64,000 nt of DNA from an uncultured Clostridia bacterium (GTDB lineage Bacteria; Bacillota; Clostridia; Oscillospirales; CAG-272). This document shows positions 19,014 to 29,275 of the stretch, piece after piece; position 1 is the stretch's first letter; the number at the start of each line of letters is the position of its first letter. The notes beneath the pieces were generated by a model. It did not search any database, had not been told where the DNA came from, and was given only the letters and a program-made list of their open reading frames with translations. Where the stretch lies: assembly GCA_947624995.1 (NCBI GenBank), contig CANQMS010000004.1, forward strand, positions 2,139 through 66,138, in the 5' to 3' direction. The translations under genes and the position numbers were made by a program.

Positions 19014-19751
19014 ATGGGCGTTCTGCTGCTGTCACACAACACGCCGGACGGCATCGTCTCCGCCGCGCGGGAGCGCGGCTTTGACATTGTTATAATGCCG
19101 CCGATGGCGGATTTGCCGGAGCCCGTCGCCTCGCACCCGGATATGCTTTTGTTCTGCGGCTGGGATAAGCTCTTCGTCCGTGCCGTACATATGGAAAACG
19201 TTGCGTTCGCTGCCGCGGTGGAAAAGATAACTTCCCTTCTTCCGAATCTCTCGCTCACGGTAACGTCGGACGGCGCCTCTGCCGAATATCCCGGAGACGT
19301 CGCCTTCAACTGCGCCGTCTTCGGCGGCGCGCTGTTCGGGCGCGCGGACGCTGTCTCGCCCGCGGTCAAGCGGTGCGCGGCGGAGCATATGACGCCGACG
19401 CTGAACGTCGCGCAGGGGTACACAAAGTGCTCGACCGCCATTCTCGGCGGTGAACGCTCATCCGCCGTCATCACGGCGGACACGCGCATCTGCCGCGCGG
19501 CTCAGTCGCGCGGGATCGGCGCCTATCTTATAGCCCCCGGGCACATCGCGCTCGAAGGATACGACACGGGCTTTTTCGGCGGCGCGTCATTTTTTGCGGA
19601 CGGCGCGCTGTTCACGCTCGGCGACTTTGCCGCCCACCCGTCCGCCGATATCATACGCAGCGCGGCGGCGAAGAGCGGCGTCACGCTTTCAGCGCTTTCA
19701 AGTCTGCCGCTGTTCGACGCGGGATGCCTTTATATTGAGGAGAAAAACTGA
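19014..19751 (+). CDS. Conserved hypothetical protein (clostridial DUF-type; function unknown)
   Basis: 245-aa ORF with coding-like composition. Recurrent motifs are HPDM, YPGDVAFNC, QGYTKCS and GYDTGFFGG. I cannot assign a family with confidence. Confidence 0.6.
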   Translation: MGVLLLSHNTPDGIVSAARERGFDIVIMPPMADLPEPVASHPDMLLFCGWDKLFVRAVHMENVAFAAAVEKITSLLPNLSLTVTSDGASAEYPGDVAFNCAVFGGALFGRADAVSPAVKRCAAEHMTPTLNVAQGYTKCSTAILGGERSSAVITADTRICRAAQSRGIGAYLIAPGHIALEGYDTGFFGGASFFADGALFTLGDFAAHPSADIIRSAAAKSGVTLSALSSLPLFDAGCLYIEEKN

Positions 19752-20044
19752 TGGAGATCCGTGAGCTCATCGAATTATTGCGGCTGCCGCTCGCGTGCTG
19801 GTTCGCAGTCATATCCGTTATAGCCGTCGTTCTGACCGTTTACGACAAGTCCGCGTCGTGGAAGCGCGGGCGCAGGATCCCGGAGCGCGTGCTTTTGCTC
19901 GTAGCGTTCCTCGGAGGCGCGCTGACGATGTACGTCACAATGCAGCTCATCCGCCACAAGACGCAACACACGAGCTTTATGATCCCGCTGCCGCTGTTCA
20001 TCCTCCTTCACCTCGTCGTCGCGTGGGCTGTTTACATTATGTGA
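19751..20044 (+). CDS. DUF1294-family small membrane protein
   Basis: YDKSASWKRGRRIPERVLLLVAFLGGALTMYVTMQLIRHKTQH matches the DUF1294 pattern. The start overlaps the upstream stop by 1 nt. Confidence 0.75.
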   Translation: MEIRELIELLRLPLACWFAVISVIAVVLTVYDKSASWKRGRRIPERVLLLVAFLGGALTMYVTMQLIRHKTQHTSFMIPLPLFILLHLVVAWAVYIM

Positions 20045-20284
20045 GCGTCAAAGCCCTGCAAACGTGACTATCGAATATACCGTCCCCGCCGCGCCGAGCG
20101 CAAACAGGATGACCGAGATCACCCGCGCCGCCGTGATCCATGTGAACGTCGGCTCCGCGCCGACGCCGCAGGCGTTCCGCATCACCCATGTATCGAGCCT
20201 CCGAATCGCCTTCGAAATATGCTCACATTGCGCCATCGTGTGATGTGATTGCCAACTCTTTCCCGCATTTTCCCCAAAAATTTT

Positions 20285-20336
20285 GCCCGCATCGGCGCGG
20301 CTTTCCGTGCCTCCGATGCGGGCGTATCTTTTTTTA
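20285..20336. terminator. Bidirectional terminator hairpin
   Basis: An 11-bp stem GCCCGCATCGG/CCGATGCGGGC with T tracts on both strands. Confidence 0.65.
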
Positions 20337-21713
20337 TTATCTTCCGCCGATGTTCCCGTCCGGGAGCACGACGACGGACTGCATATTGAGCGAATTATAC
20401 GCGAGGACGGACTCGTCTATCGGATATGCCACGAGCCCGTTTGAGCCGTAGGGGTCGGCGAATATATACACGCCGCTGCCATAGCCGCAGAACACCATAC
20501 AGTGCTCGTTTGCCGGGTACATAAAGCTCTCTTCCCCGTCCGTCGACTGCCAAAGGATGATCTTGTCTATCTCCTCCATGCCGACCGTTACCCAGACGGC
20601 GACGGGGATCCCGTGGTCGATGAACTCCTTTTTGAGCTGTTCGAGCGACATACCGGAGACGTTCTTCGCGTGACAGTCCTCCTCCGCGAGGAACTTATTC
20701 AGCGCGCGGACGATGACCGGCGCGAAACAGCCGTAGCCCTGATCCTCGGACCGGGGGTCACCCGCGTACTTGAGCTTGGGATTCGGTCCGTACCGGCAGC
20801 CCCACCTGATCGAAACCGGCTCGCACTCAAGATAACCGTCGACGAACTCCTCGGGCGTGATATCGTACCCGAGATAGCGCAGCAGCATCACGGCGGAGAC
20901 GGATTCACATCCGTTCGGCAGGATGCCCTCCTGCGTGATGTACGGCACGTCGAGCAGCGCGCACCTCTTTTTCTCCGTCGATTCGAACGCGAGATCGTAC
21001 CGGTAAAAGAGAGTCTTTTTGAAATAGTCCTCGACCAGCCTGTCCGCGGCGGGACCGACCCCGTTCGCGCTGTATGTATCGCGTGCCTCGGCAAAGAAAT
21101 CATTGAGCATTTGAATGACGGTGTCAAGGCTGTATTCTTGCCGGAACTGCTTGAGCGTGTATCCGTCCGGAACGCCTTCTTCATCGCGTACATCCATATA
21201 TACGCCATCTGCCCCGGGGAGCTCGCTGGCTTCATATATCGAATCCGACGTCATCTGCTCGCCGAGAATGATCGGCGAGTCGTCATTTTCGCTGAAATAG
21301 ACAAATATGACATAGCTCCATTCGCCCATGTCGTCGAGATACTCATCCTCCATGGGACCGGAGATGTCCACCGACACGGCTCCGCCCTCCCGGATGCGCA
21401 GATACTTCATCGGTACCTTGAATTCGTCAAGCTCGCCAACGGCTTTGAAAAGCTGATTTATAGCATACGCCACGGGGTCCATAGCCTCATCTATGCCATC
21501 GTCCGCGCCCTCGTTGCTGTAATTTGCGTTCATATTGAGGATATAGTTGTTGTCGACGAGCACGCTCTTTATAAAAAGGTTGTTCTTGTTGAGCTTGTCT
21601 ATCACGAAGAGCGCGACGGCGAGCGCAACAAGCAGACCGCATATTACCGTTGTTATAATGGCGATTATTACCGCATGTATTCTCTTTGCCCTTATCCTTT
21701 TTCTGTCCAGCAT
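20337..21713 (-). CDS. Membrane-anchored papain-like cysteine peptidase (C39-like domain)
   Basis: N-terminal TM helix. The C-terminal domain has YITQEGILPNGCESVSAVMLLRYLGY (Cys nucleophile context) and HCMVFCGYG (His). Confidence 0.65.
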   Translation of the reverse strand: MLDRKRIRAKRIHAVIIAIITTVICGLLVALAVALFVIDKLNKNNLFIKSVLVDNNYILNMNANYSNEGADDGIDEAMDPVAYAINQLFKAVGELDEFKVPMKYLRIREGGAVSVDISGPMEDEYLDDMGEWSYVIFVYFSENDDSPIILGEQMTSDSIYEASELPGADGVYMDVRDEEGVPDGYTLKQFRQEYSLDTVIQMLNDFFAEARDTYSANGVGPAADRLVEDYFKKTLFYRYDLAFESTEKKRCALLDVPYITQEGILPNGCESVSAVMLLRYLGYDITPEEFVDGYLECEPVSIRWGCRYGPNPKLKYAGDPRSEDQGYGCFAPVIVRALNKFLAEEDCHAKNVSGMSLEQLKKEFIDHGIPVAVWVTVGMEEIDKIILWQSTDGEESFMYPANEHCMVFCGYGSGVYIFADPYGSNGLVAYPIDESVLAYNSLNMQSVVVLPDGNIGGR

Positions 21714-21794
21714 TTCCTTTATTTTATATCTCGGTATGTAAGCCCGGAGGGGAGCCTTTTTTTGGGCTCCCCTCCGGCTTTTGTGAGCGCTTTT

Positions 21795-23291
21795 TTATCT
21801 GTAATAAACCTCGCCGAGCATGAGGTCGCGCTTGAGCGATTCGACCGTTGTGCCCTCTCCGATAACGACGCTCTCGATCCCGAAGTAATCGCAGAGGTCG
21901 ACGACGTTTTCACGCGTGAGGTCATACGTGAACGCGGTGTGATGCGCGCCGCCGCACATCAGCCAGCCCTCCGTGCCCGTTCTGAAGTCGGGCAGCGTGC
22001 GCCACAGTGCGGACGCGACGGGCAGATTCGGCATCGGCTTTGTCTGCGGGATGCACTCGACCTCGTTGATGATCATGCGGAAGCGGTGACCGAGGTCAAC
22101 GAGCGAGCAAGCGACGCCTCTGCCGGGCTTCGCCGTGAAGACGAGGCGCGCCGGGTCTTCCCTGTCTCCCATGGAGAGCGGGCAGACGCGGATCGCGGGC
22201 TTTGCGGACGCGATCGTCGGGCAGACCTCAAGCATGTGCGCCTGAAGGATAGCCTCGTTGCCGGGTTCGAGATGGTACGTGTAGTCCTCCATAAAGGACG
22301 TGCCCATAGCGCCCTTCTTTCCGGCGGTCATGAGCTTGAAGAGGCGGACGACGCCCGCCGTTTTCCAGTCGCCCTCGGCGCCGAAGCCGTAGCCGTCCTG
22401 CATCATGCGCTGCATTGCAAGACCGGGGAGCTGATGCAGTCCCGCGAGCATCTGGAAGTTCGTGACGACCGCGTGATAGTTGTGCTCTTCGACAAATTTG
22501 CGGAAACCGAGCTCGATCTTCGCCTGCTCTGCGACGTGCGCGCGGAACTCGGCGGGATCTCTGCCGTCCGTGATGAGGTCGTATGTATCGTAGTATTCGT
22601 CGGTCAGCGCGTTCGTGTCCGCCTCGGGGACGGCGCGGACGTATTCGTCGACGTCCGTGATGTTGTAGGCGTCGATCTCCCAGCCGAACTTCTGCTCTGC
22701 CTCGACCTTGTCGCCCTCGGTGACGGCGACGTCACGCATATTGTCGCCGACGCGGAGGATACGGAGGGAGCGGGATTCGAGCGCGCCGATCGCGGTGCGC
22801 ATCCAGTCCGCGATCCTCTCCTGCGTCTTCTCGTCCGACCAGTGACCGGAGACGATCTTTCTCGGCGTCCCCATGCGGGTCAGCATATGCGAGAACTCGC
22901 GGTCGCCGTGCGCCGACTGGTTCTGATTCATGAAGTCCATGTCGATCGTGTCGAACGGGATGTCGCGGTTGAACTGCGTGTGCAGGTGCAAAAGCGGCTT
23001 TCTGTACTCGTTGAACCCGCGGATCCACATCTTTGCGGGCGAGAACGTGTGCATCCAGACGATGCAGCCCGCGACGTCCGGGGATGCGTTTGCCGCGGCG
23101 AGCGCCTCACGGATCGAAACGCTGTCTATCAGCGTCGGACGCCACACGATCGGGTACGGGAACTTGCCGGACTCGTTGAGCGCGTCAACGATCTTATGCG
23201 AGTGCTCCGCGACGATGCGCAGACACTCATCGCCGTAGAGGTCCTGAGAACCCGTGAGGAACCAGAATTCGTAATTCTTTGTTTTAAGCAT
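21795..23291 (-). CDS. araA: L-arabinose isomerase
   Basis: 498 aa. YEFWFLTGSQDLYGDE... is the characteristic AraA N-terminus, and the similarity is full length. Confidence 0.93.
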   Translation of the reverse strand: MLKTKNYEFWFLTGSQDLYGDECLRIVAEHSHKIVDALNESGKFPYPIVWRPTLIDSVSIREALAAANASPDVAGCIVWMHTFSPAKMWIRGFNEYRKPLLHLHTQFNRDIPFDTIDMDFMNQNQSAHGDREFSHMLTRMGTPRKIVSGHWSDEKTQERIADWMRTAIGALESRSLRILRVGDNMRDVAVTEGDKVEAEQKFGWEIDAYNITDVDEYVRAVPEADTNALTDEYYDTYDLITDGRDPAEFRAHVAEQAKIELGFRKFVEEHNYHAVVTNFQMLAGLHQLPGLAMQRMMQDGYGFGAEGDWKTAGVVRLFKLMTAGKKGAMGTSFMEDYTYHLEPGNEAILQAHMLEVCPTIASAKPAIRVCPLSMGDREDPARLVFTAKPGRGVACSLVDLGHRFRMIINEVECIPQTKPMPNLPVASALWRTLPDFRTGTEGWLMCGGAHHTAFTYDLTRENVVDLCDYFGIESVVIGEGTTVESLKRDLMLGEVYYR

Positions 23292-23343
23292 AAATACCTC
23301 CGCTTATTTAAAATAAATTTTTTGCTTTGTTATTTTCGATCCG

Positions 23344-23958
23344 TCACTGCAAAAAGCTTTTGTCCACGCGCCTGTCCCCGAAATAATATTCCCGGTCCCG
23401 CTCGCCGACCTCCCGCATTACGCGGCACGGATCACCGACCGCAACGACGTTTGCCGGGATGTCCCGCGTGACGACGCTGCCCGCGCCGATGACGGCGTTT
23501 TCACCGATCGTAACGCCGGGCAGAATTATCGCGCCGGCACCGATCCATGCGTTTGCGCCTATCCGAACGGGCATATTGTATTGCAGCCCGCGGCGGCGCA
23601 GCTCCGGGTCAACGGGGTGAGCCGCCGCAGCGACGGTGACGTTCGGACCGAACATGACGTTGTCGCCGACGTAGATGTGCGTGTCGTCGACGAGCGTCAA
23701 ATTGAAGTTTGCGTACACGTTATTCCCGAAGTGGACGTGGTGCCCGCCCCAGTTCGCGCGCAGCGGCGGCTCGACATAGCAGCCCTCGCCCGCCTCCGCG
23801 AACATCGCGCGAAGAAGCATCTCACGCTTATACGTTTCGGACGGACGTGTCGCGTTATAATCGTACAGGCGCTCGAGGCACATTATCTGCTCCGCCATCA
23901 CCTCCGGGTCTGCCGGGTCGTAGAGCTCCCCCGTGTGGAGCTTGTCGCGCTCGCTCAT
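23344..23958 (-). CDS. maa: Maltose/galactoside O-acetyltransferase (left-handed beta-helix, hexapeptide repeats)
   Basis: MSERDKLHTGELYDPADPEV... followed by hexapeptide repeats IGANAWIGAGAIILPGVTIGENAVIGAGSVV. Confidence 0.88.
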   Translation of the reverse strand: MSERDKLHTGELYDPADPEVMAEQIMCLERLYDYNATRPSETYKREMLLRAMFAEAGEGCYVEPPLRANWGGHHVHFGNNVYANFNLTLVDDTHIYVGDNVMFGPNVTVAAAAHPVDPELRRRGLQYNMPVRIGANAWIGAGAIILPGVTIGENAVIGAGSVVTRDIPANVVAVGDPCRVMREVGERDREYYFGDRRVDKSFLQ

Positions 23959-24644
23959 ACGGACGCCCCCGTGATGCCGGCGCGGTCCGCCTCGCGTGCG
24001 CGGTTCGCCTCGCGCTGCGCCTCGAGCATCATGTCCTTGACCTTCATCAGGCGCGTCGTGTTGCCGCGCTCGTTTTCATCAAGCTTCATCGAAATGCTCT
24101 TTATCGTCTCCTCATAGCCGGGGATCATTATGTTTTCAAGCGCGTTGACACGCCTGCGCGTGCGCTCTATCTCCGCCGCCATGAGCTCCGCGGTCTTTTC
24201 CAGCTCCGCGAGTCTCACGAGCTCCGCCGACATGTCGGAGAGCTCCTCGACCGCGCGGTCGAGCTCGCCCGACGTATAGAGAAAGCCGTAGCTGACCCCG
24301 CCCGTACGCGGGACCTCCTCATAGTAGAAGCGCGGGACGGTAACGCTCATTGCGTTCAGGTCCGTGACCGTGAGCGTTCCCTCCGATTTCGGGAGCATGA
24401 GCGCCTCGGTCAGGACACGGCGGCTCATCGTCGCCGCCGCGACCTCAAAGCTGCCCTTCACCTTTGCGAGCCTCTCTTCGAGTGAGGCGCGCAGGTCCTT
24501 TTCCTCGCGAACGATGTTCAGAAACTGCTTCATCAGCTCGTCGCGCTTGTCCTTCAACAGCTTGTGACCGCGCCGCGCCGTCGTCAGCCTGCCCTTGAGC
24601 TTTTTCAGCTCCATCCTTGTCGGATTTACGTTGATCGTTGGCAT
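23955..24644 (-). CDS. ntpD: V/A-type ATP synthase subunit D
   Basis: MPTINVNPTRMELKKLKGRLTTARRGHKLLKDKRDEL. Confidence 0.93.
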   Translation of the reverse strand: MPTINVNPTRMELKKLKGRLTTARRGHKLLKDKRDELMKQFLNIVREEKDLRASLEERLAKVKGSFEVAAATMSRRVLTEALMLPKSEGTLTVTDLNAMSVTVPRFYYEEVPRTGGVSYGFLYTSGELDRAVEELSDMSAELVRLAELEKTAELMAAEIERTRRRVNALENIMIPGYEETIKSISMKLDENERGNTTRLMKVKDMMLEAQREANRAREADRAGITGASV

Positions 24645-24655
24645 ATGCCGTCACC

Positions 24656-26020
24656 TTACCAATATTTATCGAGGATCGCGGGCTTGATGCGCTTCATCTC
24701 GGATTTCGGCAGTATGTGCAAGAGCTCCCAGCCAAGGTCGAGCGTCTGCTCGATCGTTCTGTCCTCGTAGAAGCCCTGATTGACGTATCTCGCCTCAAAT
24801 TCGTCCGAGAACTTCGCATAGAGCCGCTCGATCGGCGTCAGCGCCGACTCGCCGAGGACGACCATCAGTTCCTTTGCCTCCTTGCCGCGCGCGTACGCGG
24901 CGAAGAGCTGGTTCATCGTACCGGAGTGATCCTCGCGCGTGCGCCCCGCGCCGATGCCCTTGTCCTTCAGTCGCGACAGCGACGGGAGAACGTCGACCGG
25001 CGGCAGATATCCCTTGCGGTATATTTCGCGCGAAAGGATTATCTGTCCCTCGGTGATGTACCCCGTAAGGTCGGGGATGGGGTGCGTCTTGTCGTCTTCT
25101 GGCATCGTCAGTATCGGGATCATCGTGATGCTCCCGTCGCTGCCCTCGCGCCTGCCGGCGCGCTCGTACATCGTTGCGAGGTCCGTGTAGAGGTAGCCGG
25201 GATATCCGCGGCGACCGGGGACCTCCTTGCGCGCGGCGGACACCTCGCGCAGCGCCTCCGCATAGTTCGTGATGTCCGTCATGATGACGAGCACGTGCAT
25301 GTTGCAGTCGAACGCCAGATACTCTGCGGCGGTCAGCGCCATACGCGGCGTCGAGATACGCTCGATCGCGGCGTCGGACGCCAGATTTATGAACAGCACC
25401 GTCCTGTCGATGGCGCCGGTCTTTTTAAAGTCAGAAATGAAGAAATCCGCTTCCTCAAACGTGATGCCGATTGCGGCGAACACGACGGCGAACTTTTCGT
25501 CCGTCCCGCGCACCTTCGCCTGACGCGCTATCTGCGCCGCGAGGTTCGCGTGCGGAAGCCCGGAGCCGGAGAATATCGGCAGCTTCTGCCCTCGGACGAG
25601 CGTGTTCAGCCCGTCAATGGTCGAGACGCCCGTCTCGATAAACTCGGACGGATATTTTCTCGACGCCGGGTTGATCGGCGTCCCGTTGATGTCGCGCACA
25701 GCCTCCGGTATCAGCTTGGCTCCGCCGTCTATCGGCTCGCCCATGCCGTTGAAGACGCGACCGAGCATCTCGCGCGAAACGGGAAGCTGTACTCCGTGAC
25801 CGGTGAAGCGGACCTTCGAATATTCGAGGTTCAGCCCCGCCGAAGATTCAAAAAGCTGAACGAGCACGTCCGACCCGTTGACCTCGAGTACGCGGCAGCG
25901 GCGGACCTCCCCCGTCGGCATTATTATCTCGCCGAGCTCGTCGTACTTGACGTCGTCGACGTCGCGCACGAGCATCAGAGGACCGGCGACTTCTTCTATC
26001 GTTCTGTATTCTCTGTACAT
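24656..26020 (-). CDS. ntpB: V/A-type ATP synthase subunit B
   Basis: 454 aa with full-length similarity to regulatory B subunits ([14 protein letters not shown]..., [15 protein letters not shown]). Confidence 0.95.
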   Translation of the reverse strand: MYREYRTIEEVAGPLMLVRDVDDVKYDELGEIIMPTGEVRRCRVLEVNGSDVLVQLFESSAGLNLEYSKVRFTGHGVQLPVSREMLGRVFNGMGEPIDGGAKLIPEAVRDINGTPINPASRKYPSEFIETGVSTIDGLNTLVRGQKLPIFSGSGLPHANLAAQIARQAKVRGTDEKFAVVFAAIGITFEEADFFISDFKKTGAIDRTVLFINLASDAAIERISTPRMALTAAEYLAFDCNMHVLVIMTDITNYAEALREVSAARKEVPGRRGYPGYLYTDLATMYERAGRREGSDGSITMIPILTMPEDDKTHPIPDLTGYITEGQIILSREIYRKGYLPPVDVLPSLSRLKDKGIGAGRTREDHSGTMNQLFAAYARGKEAKELMVVLGESALTPIERLYAKFSDEFEARYVNQGFYEDRTIEQTLDLGWELLHILPKSEMKRIKPAILDKYW

Positions 26021-27783
26021 TATCTGTTTCCTCCGAGGGATGAGAGCTCCGCGTCTATCTCGGCGCGTATCTCGGCGAATTCCCGCTTATATTCGGCGAC
26101 AGGCGCGGATTTTGCGCGCCCGATGCGTTCACGGACGGGCAGCTCCGAGATCTTCTCGATATCGGCGCCTGTTCCGATCGCGCGGGACGCCGCGTCACGG
26201 AAATAGAGAATCAGCGTAAGCAGGTCATGCTGCTTTTCGGGCGGGCAGTACGAGTCGTCCGGAGACATCGCGTCCTGCTGCAAAAAGTCCTCGCGGATGG
26301 ACTGCGCGACCTCGAGCGTCAGCCTGTCGGACGCGGAGAGCGCGTCTATGCCGACAAGCTTGACTATCTCGTCGAGCTCCGCCTCGGCGGAGAGTATGCG
26401 CATCGCCTCCGTGATCTGCGCCATCCAGTCGGACGCGACGTTTTTCTCGTACCACGGCGCGAGCCTGTCTTTATAAAGCGAATATGAGTTCAGCCAGTTT
26501 ATTGCGGGGAAATGGCGCTTGTACGCGAGGGACGAATCAAGCCCCCAGAAGACCTTGACGATCCTGAGCGTCGCCTGTGAGACGGGCTCCGAAATATCGC
26601 CGCCGGGAGGCGATACGGCGCCGATCGCCGTCAGGGCGCCGATGCGCTCGTCGCTGCCGCAGCAGCGGACCATTCCGGCGCGCTCGTAGAACTGAGCAAG
26701 GCGCGAGGTCAGGTACGCGGGGTAGCCCTCCTCGCCGGGCATTTCCTCAAGTCTGCCGGACATTTCACGCAGAGCCTCCGCCCAGCGTGACGTCGAGTCC
26801 GCGATGACGGCGACGGAGCAGCCCATGTCGCGCAGATATTCCGCTATCGTGATGCCGGTGTAAACGGACGCCTCGCGCGCCGCGACCGGCATATCGGACG
26901 TGTTCGCGATGAGGACGGTGCGCTTGATGAGCGACGAGCCCGTCTTTGGGTCCGCGATCTCGGGGAATTCGAGCAGAACGTCCGTCATCTCGTTGCCGCG
27001 CTCGCCGCAGCCGATGTAGATAACAAAGTCCGCGTCGCTCCACTTGGCGAGCTGGTGCTGCACGACCGTCTTTCCCGAGCCGAACGGTCCGGGGATGCAC
27101 GCTGTGCCGCCCTTCGCGACCGGGAACATCGAGTCAACGTTTCTCTGCCCCGTGATGAGCGGTTCGTTCGGAGGCAGCTTTTCTTTGTACGGACGGGCGA
27201 CGCGGACGGGCCACTTCTGCATCATTATGATATTTTCGACAGTCCCGTCGGGGCGCGAGAGCTTTCCTATCGGGTCCGTGACCGTGTAATATCCGGACAA
27301 CAGCTCCTCTATCGTCCCATCCGTGCCGGGAGGCGCCATGATCTTGTGGCGGACGACCTCGTTTTCCTTGACGACGCCGTAAACGTCGCCGCCGACAACG
27401 CGGTCCCCGCGCTTCGCCGTCGCCTCGAAATACCACTTTTTCTCACGGTCGAGCGCCGGAAGGTCGACGCCGCGCGTGATGTTCGGTCCGACTGCGTTCT
27501 TTATCGCTACGAGCGGACGCTGTATGCCGTCGTAAATATTTTCCATGAGCCCGGGTCCGAGCTCCACCGAAAGCGGCGCTCCCGTCGAGACGACACGGTC
27601 GCCCCTGCCGAGACCCGCAGTTTCCTCGTAAACCTGTATGGACGCACGGTCACCGTGCATCTCTATGATCTCGCCTATCAGGTTCGCCTCTCCGACGCGC
27701 ACGACGTCGAACATATTCGCCTCGCGCATTCCCTCCGCGATGACGAGCGGTCCCGATACCTTAACTATCCTTCCTTCTGTCAC
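26020..27783 (-). CDS. ntpA: V/A-type ATP synthase catalytic subunit A
   Basis: Walker [10 protein letters not shown]. The start was placed at the GTG at 27783, with GGAGGAG 10 nt upstream; the longer TTG-initiated ORF has no SD. Confidence 0.93.
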   Translation of the reverse strand: MTEGRIVKVSGPLVIAEGMREANMFDVVRVGEANLIGEIIEMHGDRASIQVYEETAGLGRGDRVVSTGAPLSVELGPGLMENIYDGIQRPLVAIKNAVGPNITRGVDLPALDREKKWYFEATAKRGDRVVGGDVYGVVKENEVVRHKIMAPPGTDGTIEELLSGYYTVTDPIGKLSRPDGTVENIIMMQKWPVRVARPYKEKLPPNEPLITGQRNVDSMFPVAKGGTACIPGPFGSGKTVVQHQLAKWSDADFVIYIGCGERGNEMTDVLLEFPEIADPKTGSSLIKRTVLIANTSDMPVAAREASVYTGITIAEYLRDMGCSVAVIADSTSRWAEALREMSGRLEEMPGEEGYPAYLTSRLAQFYERAGMVRCCGSDERIGALTAIGAVSPPGGDISEPVSQATLRIVKVFWGLDSSLAYKRHFPAINWLNSYSLYKDRLAPWYEKNVASDWMAQITEAMRILSAEAELDEIVKLVGIDALSASDRLTLEVAQSIREDFLQQDAMSPDDSYCPPEKQHDLLTLILYFRDAASRAIGTGADIEKISELPVRERIGRAKSAPVAEYKREFAEIRAEIDAELSSLGGNR

Positions 27784-27853
27784 TTTACGCGCACTCCTCC
27801 ACTGCAATTTTTCCCGTTATTTCCGTTTTAAGCGTTTTCCAGTTCTTTCACAT

Positions 27854-28183
27854 TCAGTCGCGGAACAGGATGTCCGCGCCGACGGCACGCTCAACGTTGC
27901 GTTTGATCCGCATCATCCCGAAGCTCAGCTCACCCTCACGGCTGAGGGCGTCGGGAAGCACTGTTATCGCGGGCGCTTTGCGCCCGGAATATTTGTTTAT
28001 CTCTTCTTCAAGCTCCCGCGCGTACCTGTCGACTATGAATATTATCGCGTATTCTTCGTCTTCTGCAAGGCGCAGCAGCGCCTCTTTTGCGTCCGCGGTG
28101 TTCTCCGCCTCAAATACAGTGTAGCCGAGCGCTATGAAGCCGGAAACAGTCGCCCTGTCCCCGATTATTCCGATCTTTTTCAT
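27854..28183 (-). CDS. V/A-type ATP synthase subunit F
   Basis: MKKIGIIGDRATVSGFIALGYTVF...; size and position match subunit F. Confidence 0.88.
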   Translation of the reverse strand: MKKIGIIGDRATVSGFIALGYTVFEAENTADAKEALLRLAEDEEYAIIFIVDRYARELEEEINKYSGRKAPAITVLPDALSREGELSFGMMRIKRNVERAVGADILFRD

Positions 28184-28200
28184 TCTCCGTCCGAGCCCCC

Positions 28201-29214
28201 TCAGCCCGCCGTGCGGACGCGCATCGCGATCTCGTCATACGGGAGCCCCGCGCGCTTGCCGGCGATTATTATCCGGGCATTCTTCGCGTTGTACTCGCGC
28301 CCGGTGAGATAAGAGAACGGCACGCTGACGCCGAAAACGGTGCTCTTCGCCGTGTCGACGAACGCAAGGTACGCGTTGTCCGCGGCACATTCGAGCTCCG
28401 ATAGCCTGACACCGACCGTGAGCCTGTCGCCGAGCTTCTGCGGGACAAGGTCCTTCACAGCGGAAAAGAGCTGTTCCTCTCCCTCCGCCGCCGCGGTCTT
28501 TAAGAGCTCCTTCGGTATGCTCCCGAACGGACAGAGGACCCGCTCCAAAAGCTCCGCCTCCGCTGTGTCCGCCATCTGCATACGCAGGATGCGCAGCGCC
28601 GCCATGATGTTCGAAAGATCCGTGCGGAGCATCACCGCGCGGGTCAGAAGCGGGTCGCCCACAGCCTTGACCGATTTCGTCATGGCCTCAAGGCACGCAA
28701 GGTCGAGCGTAAGATCTATCGACTGCGGGTCGCCTGTCTTTTTATAAGTGTCCGACGCGGTCTTCGCCGCCTTCGCGAGCAGCTCCGGCAGTGGTGAGAA
28801 ATCGTCGTTCTCCGCCATTTTCGCGTACTTTTCGGGCGGCACCGTCCCGCACGCGAAAAGCAGCCCCTCCGTGCCGATGCCCTTGGCGCGGCACTTGAGC
28901 GCCGTCTTGACGTTGTTGCAGTCGTACTGGTACCGCATGAAGTCGAAGACGGACGGGTCGGATGTCACCTCGGATATGACGCGGAACGAATCGTTCAGGA
29001 ATTCGTCGCAGAGCGCGTCCGCGTCATCCGCCGCTGCTCCCGCGCCTTCGAGCGCCGAACGCGCCTCGAAAAGGCACGCGATCGCCGCGTCCGCATCCGG
29101 GGAGTCGAGCATTTTCTTTATCAGCATGTCGGACAGCCCGCGATTCTCGACGGATCTTATATACGCCGATGCGTAGAGGTAATCCTCCTCGCGGTAATGT
29201 CGTTTATCTGCCAT
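28201..29214 (-). CDS. ntpC: V/A-type ATP synthase subunit C (V0 d-like)
   Basis: 337-aa helical protein at the canonical position between E and F. Confidence 0.85.
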   Translation of the reverse strand: MADKRHYREEDYLYASAYIRSVENRGLSDMLIKKMLDSPDADAAIACLFEARSALEGAGAAADDADALCDEFLNDSFRVISEVTSDPSVFDFMRYQYDCNNVKTALKCRAKGIGTEGLLFACGTVPPEKYAKMAENDDFSPLPELLAKAAKTASDTYKKTGDPQSIDLTLDLACLEAMTKSVKAVGDPLLTRAVMLRTDLSNIMAALRILRMQMADTAEAELLERVLCPFGSIPKELLKTAAAEGEEQLFSAVKDLVPQKLGDRLTVGVRLSELECAADNAYLAFVDTAKSTVFGVSVPFSYLTGREYNAKNARIIIAGKRAGLPYDEIAMRVRTAG

Positions 29215-29275
29215 TTCGATTATAAGGTCCTTTCTTCAAAGAAGGGCGCATCCGGCTCTGCCGGACGCCTTACGG

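Noticed and set aside
20048-20236. 62-codon minus-strand ORF with one hydrophobic segment.
   Set aside because: No SD precedes either candidate start. It sits between a stop codon and a bidirectional terminator, and no motif was recognised. It is left unannotated.
21741-21783. Hairpin AAGCCCGGAGGGGAGCC-T7-GGGCTCCCCTCCGGCTT considered as the araA terminator.
   Set aside because: The stem is strong, but the T tract follows it only on the plus strand, where there is no gene to terminate. On the minus strand (the araA orientation) it is followed by ACATACC. It probably still functions, but I did not list it as a confident oriented terminator.
20502-23471. 989-codon plus-strand ORF spanning the C39 peptidase, araA and maa regions.
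   Set aside because: It is antisense to three well-supported minus-strand genes and has Arg/Ala/Leu/Val-rich, motif-free composition. This is typical of shadow ORFs in GC-rich DNA.
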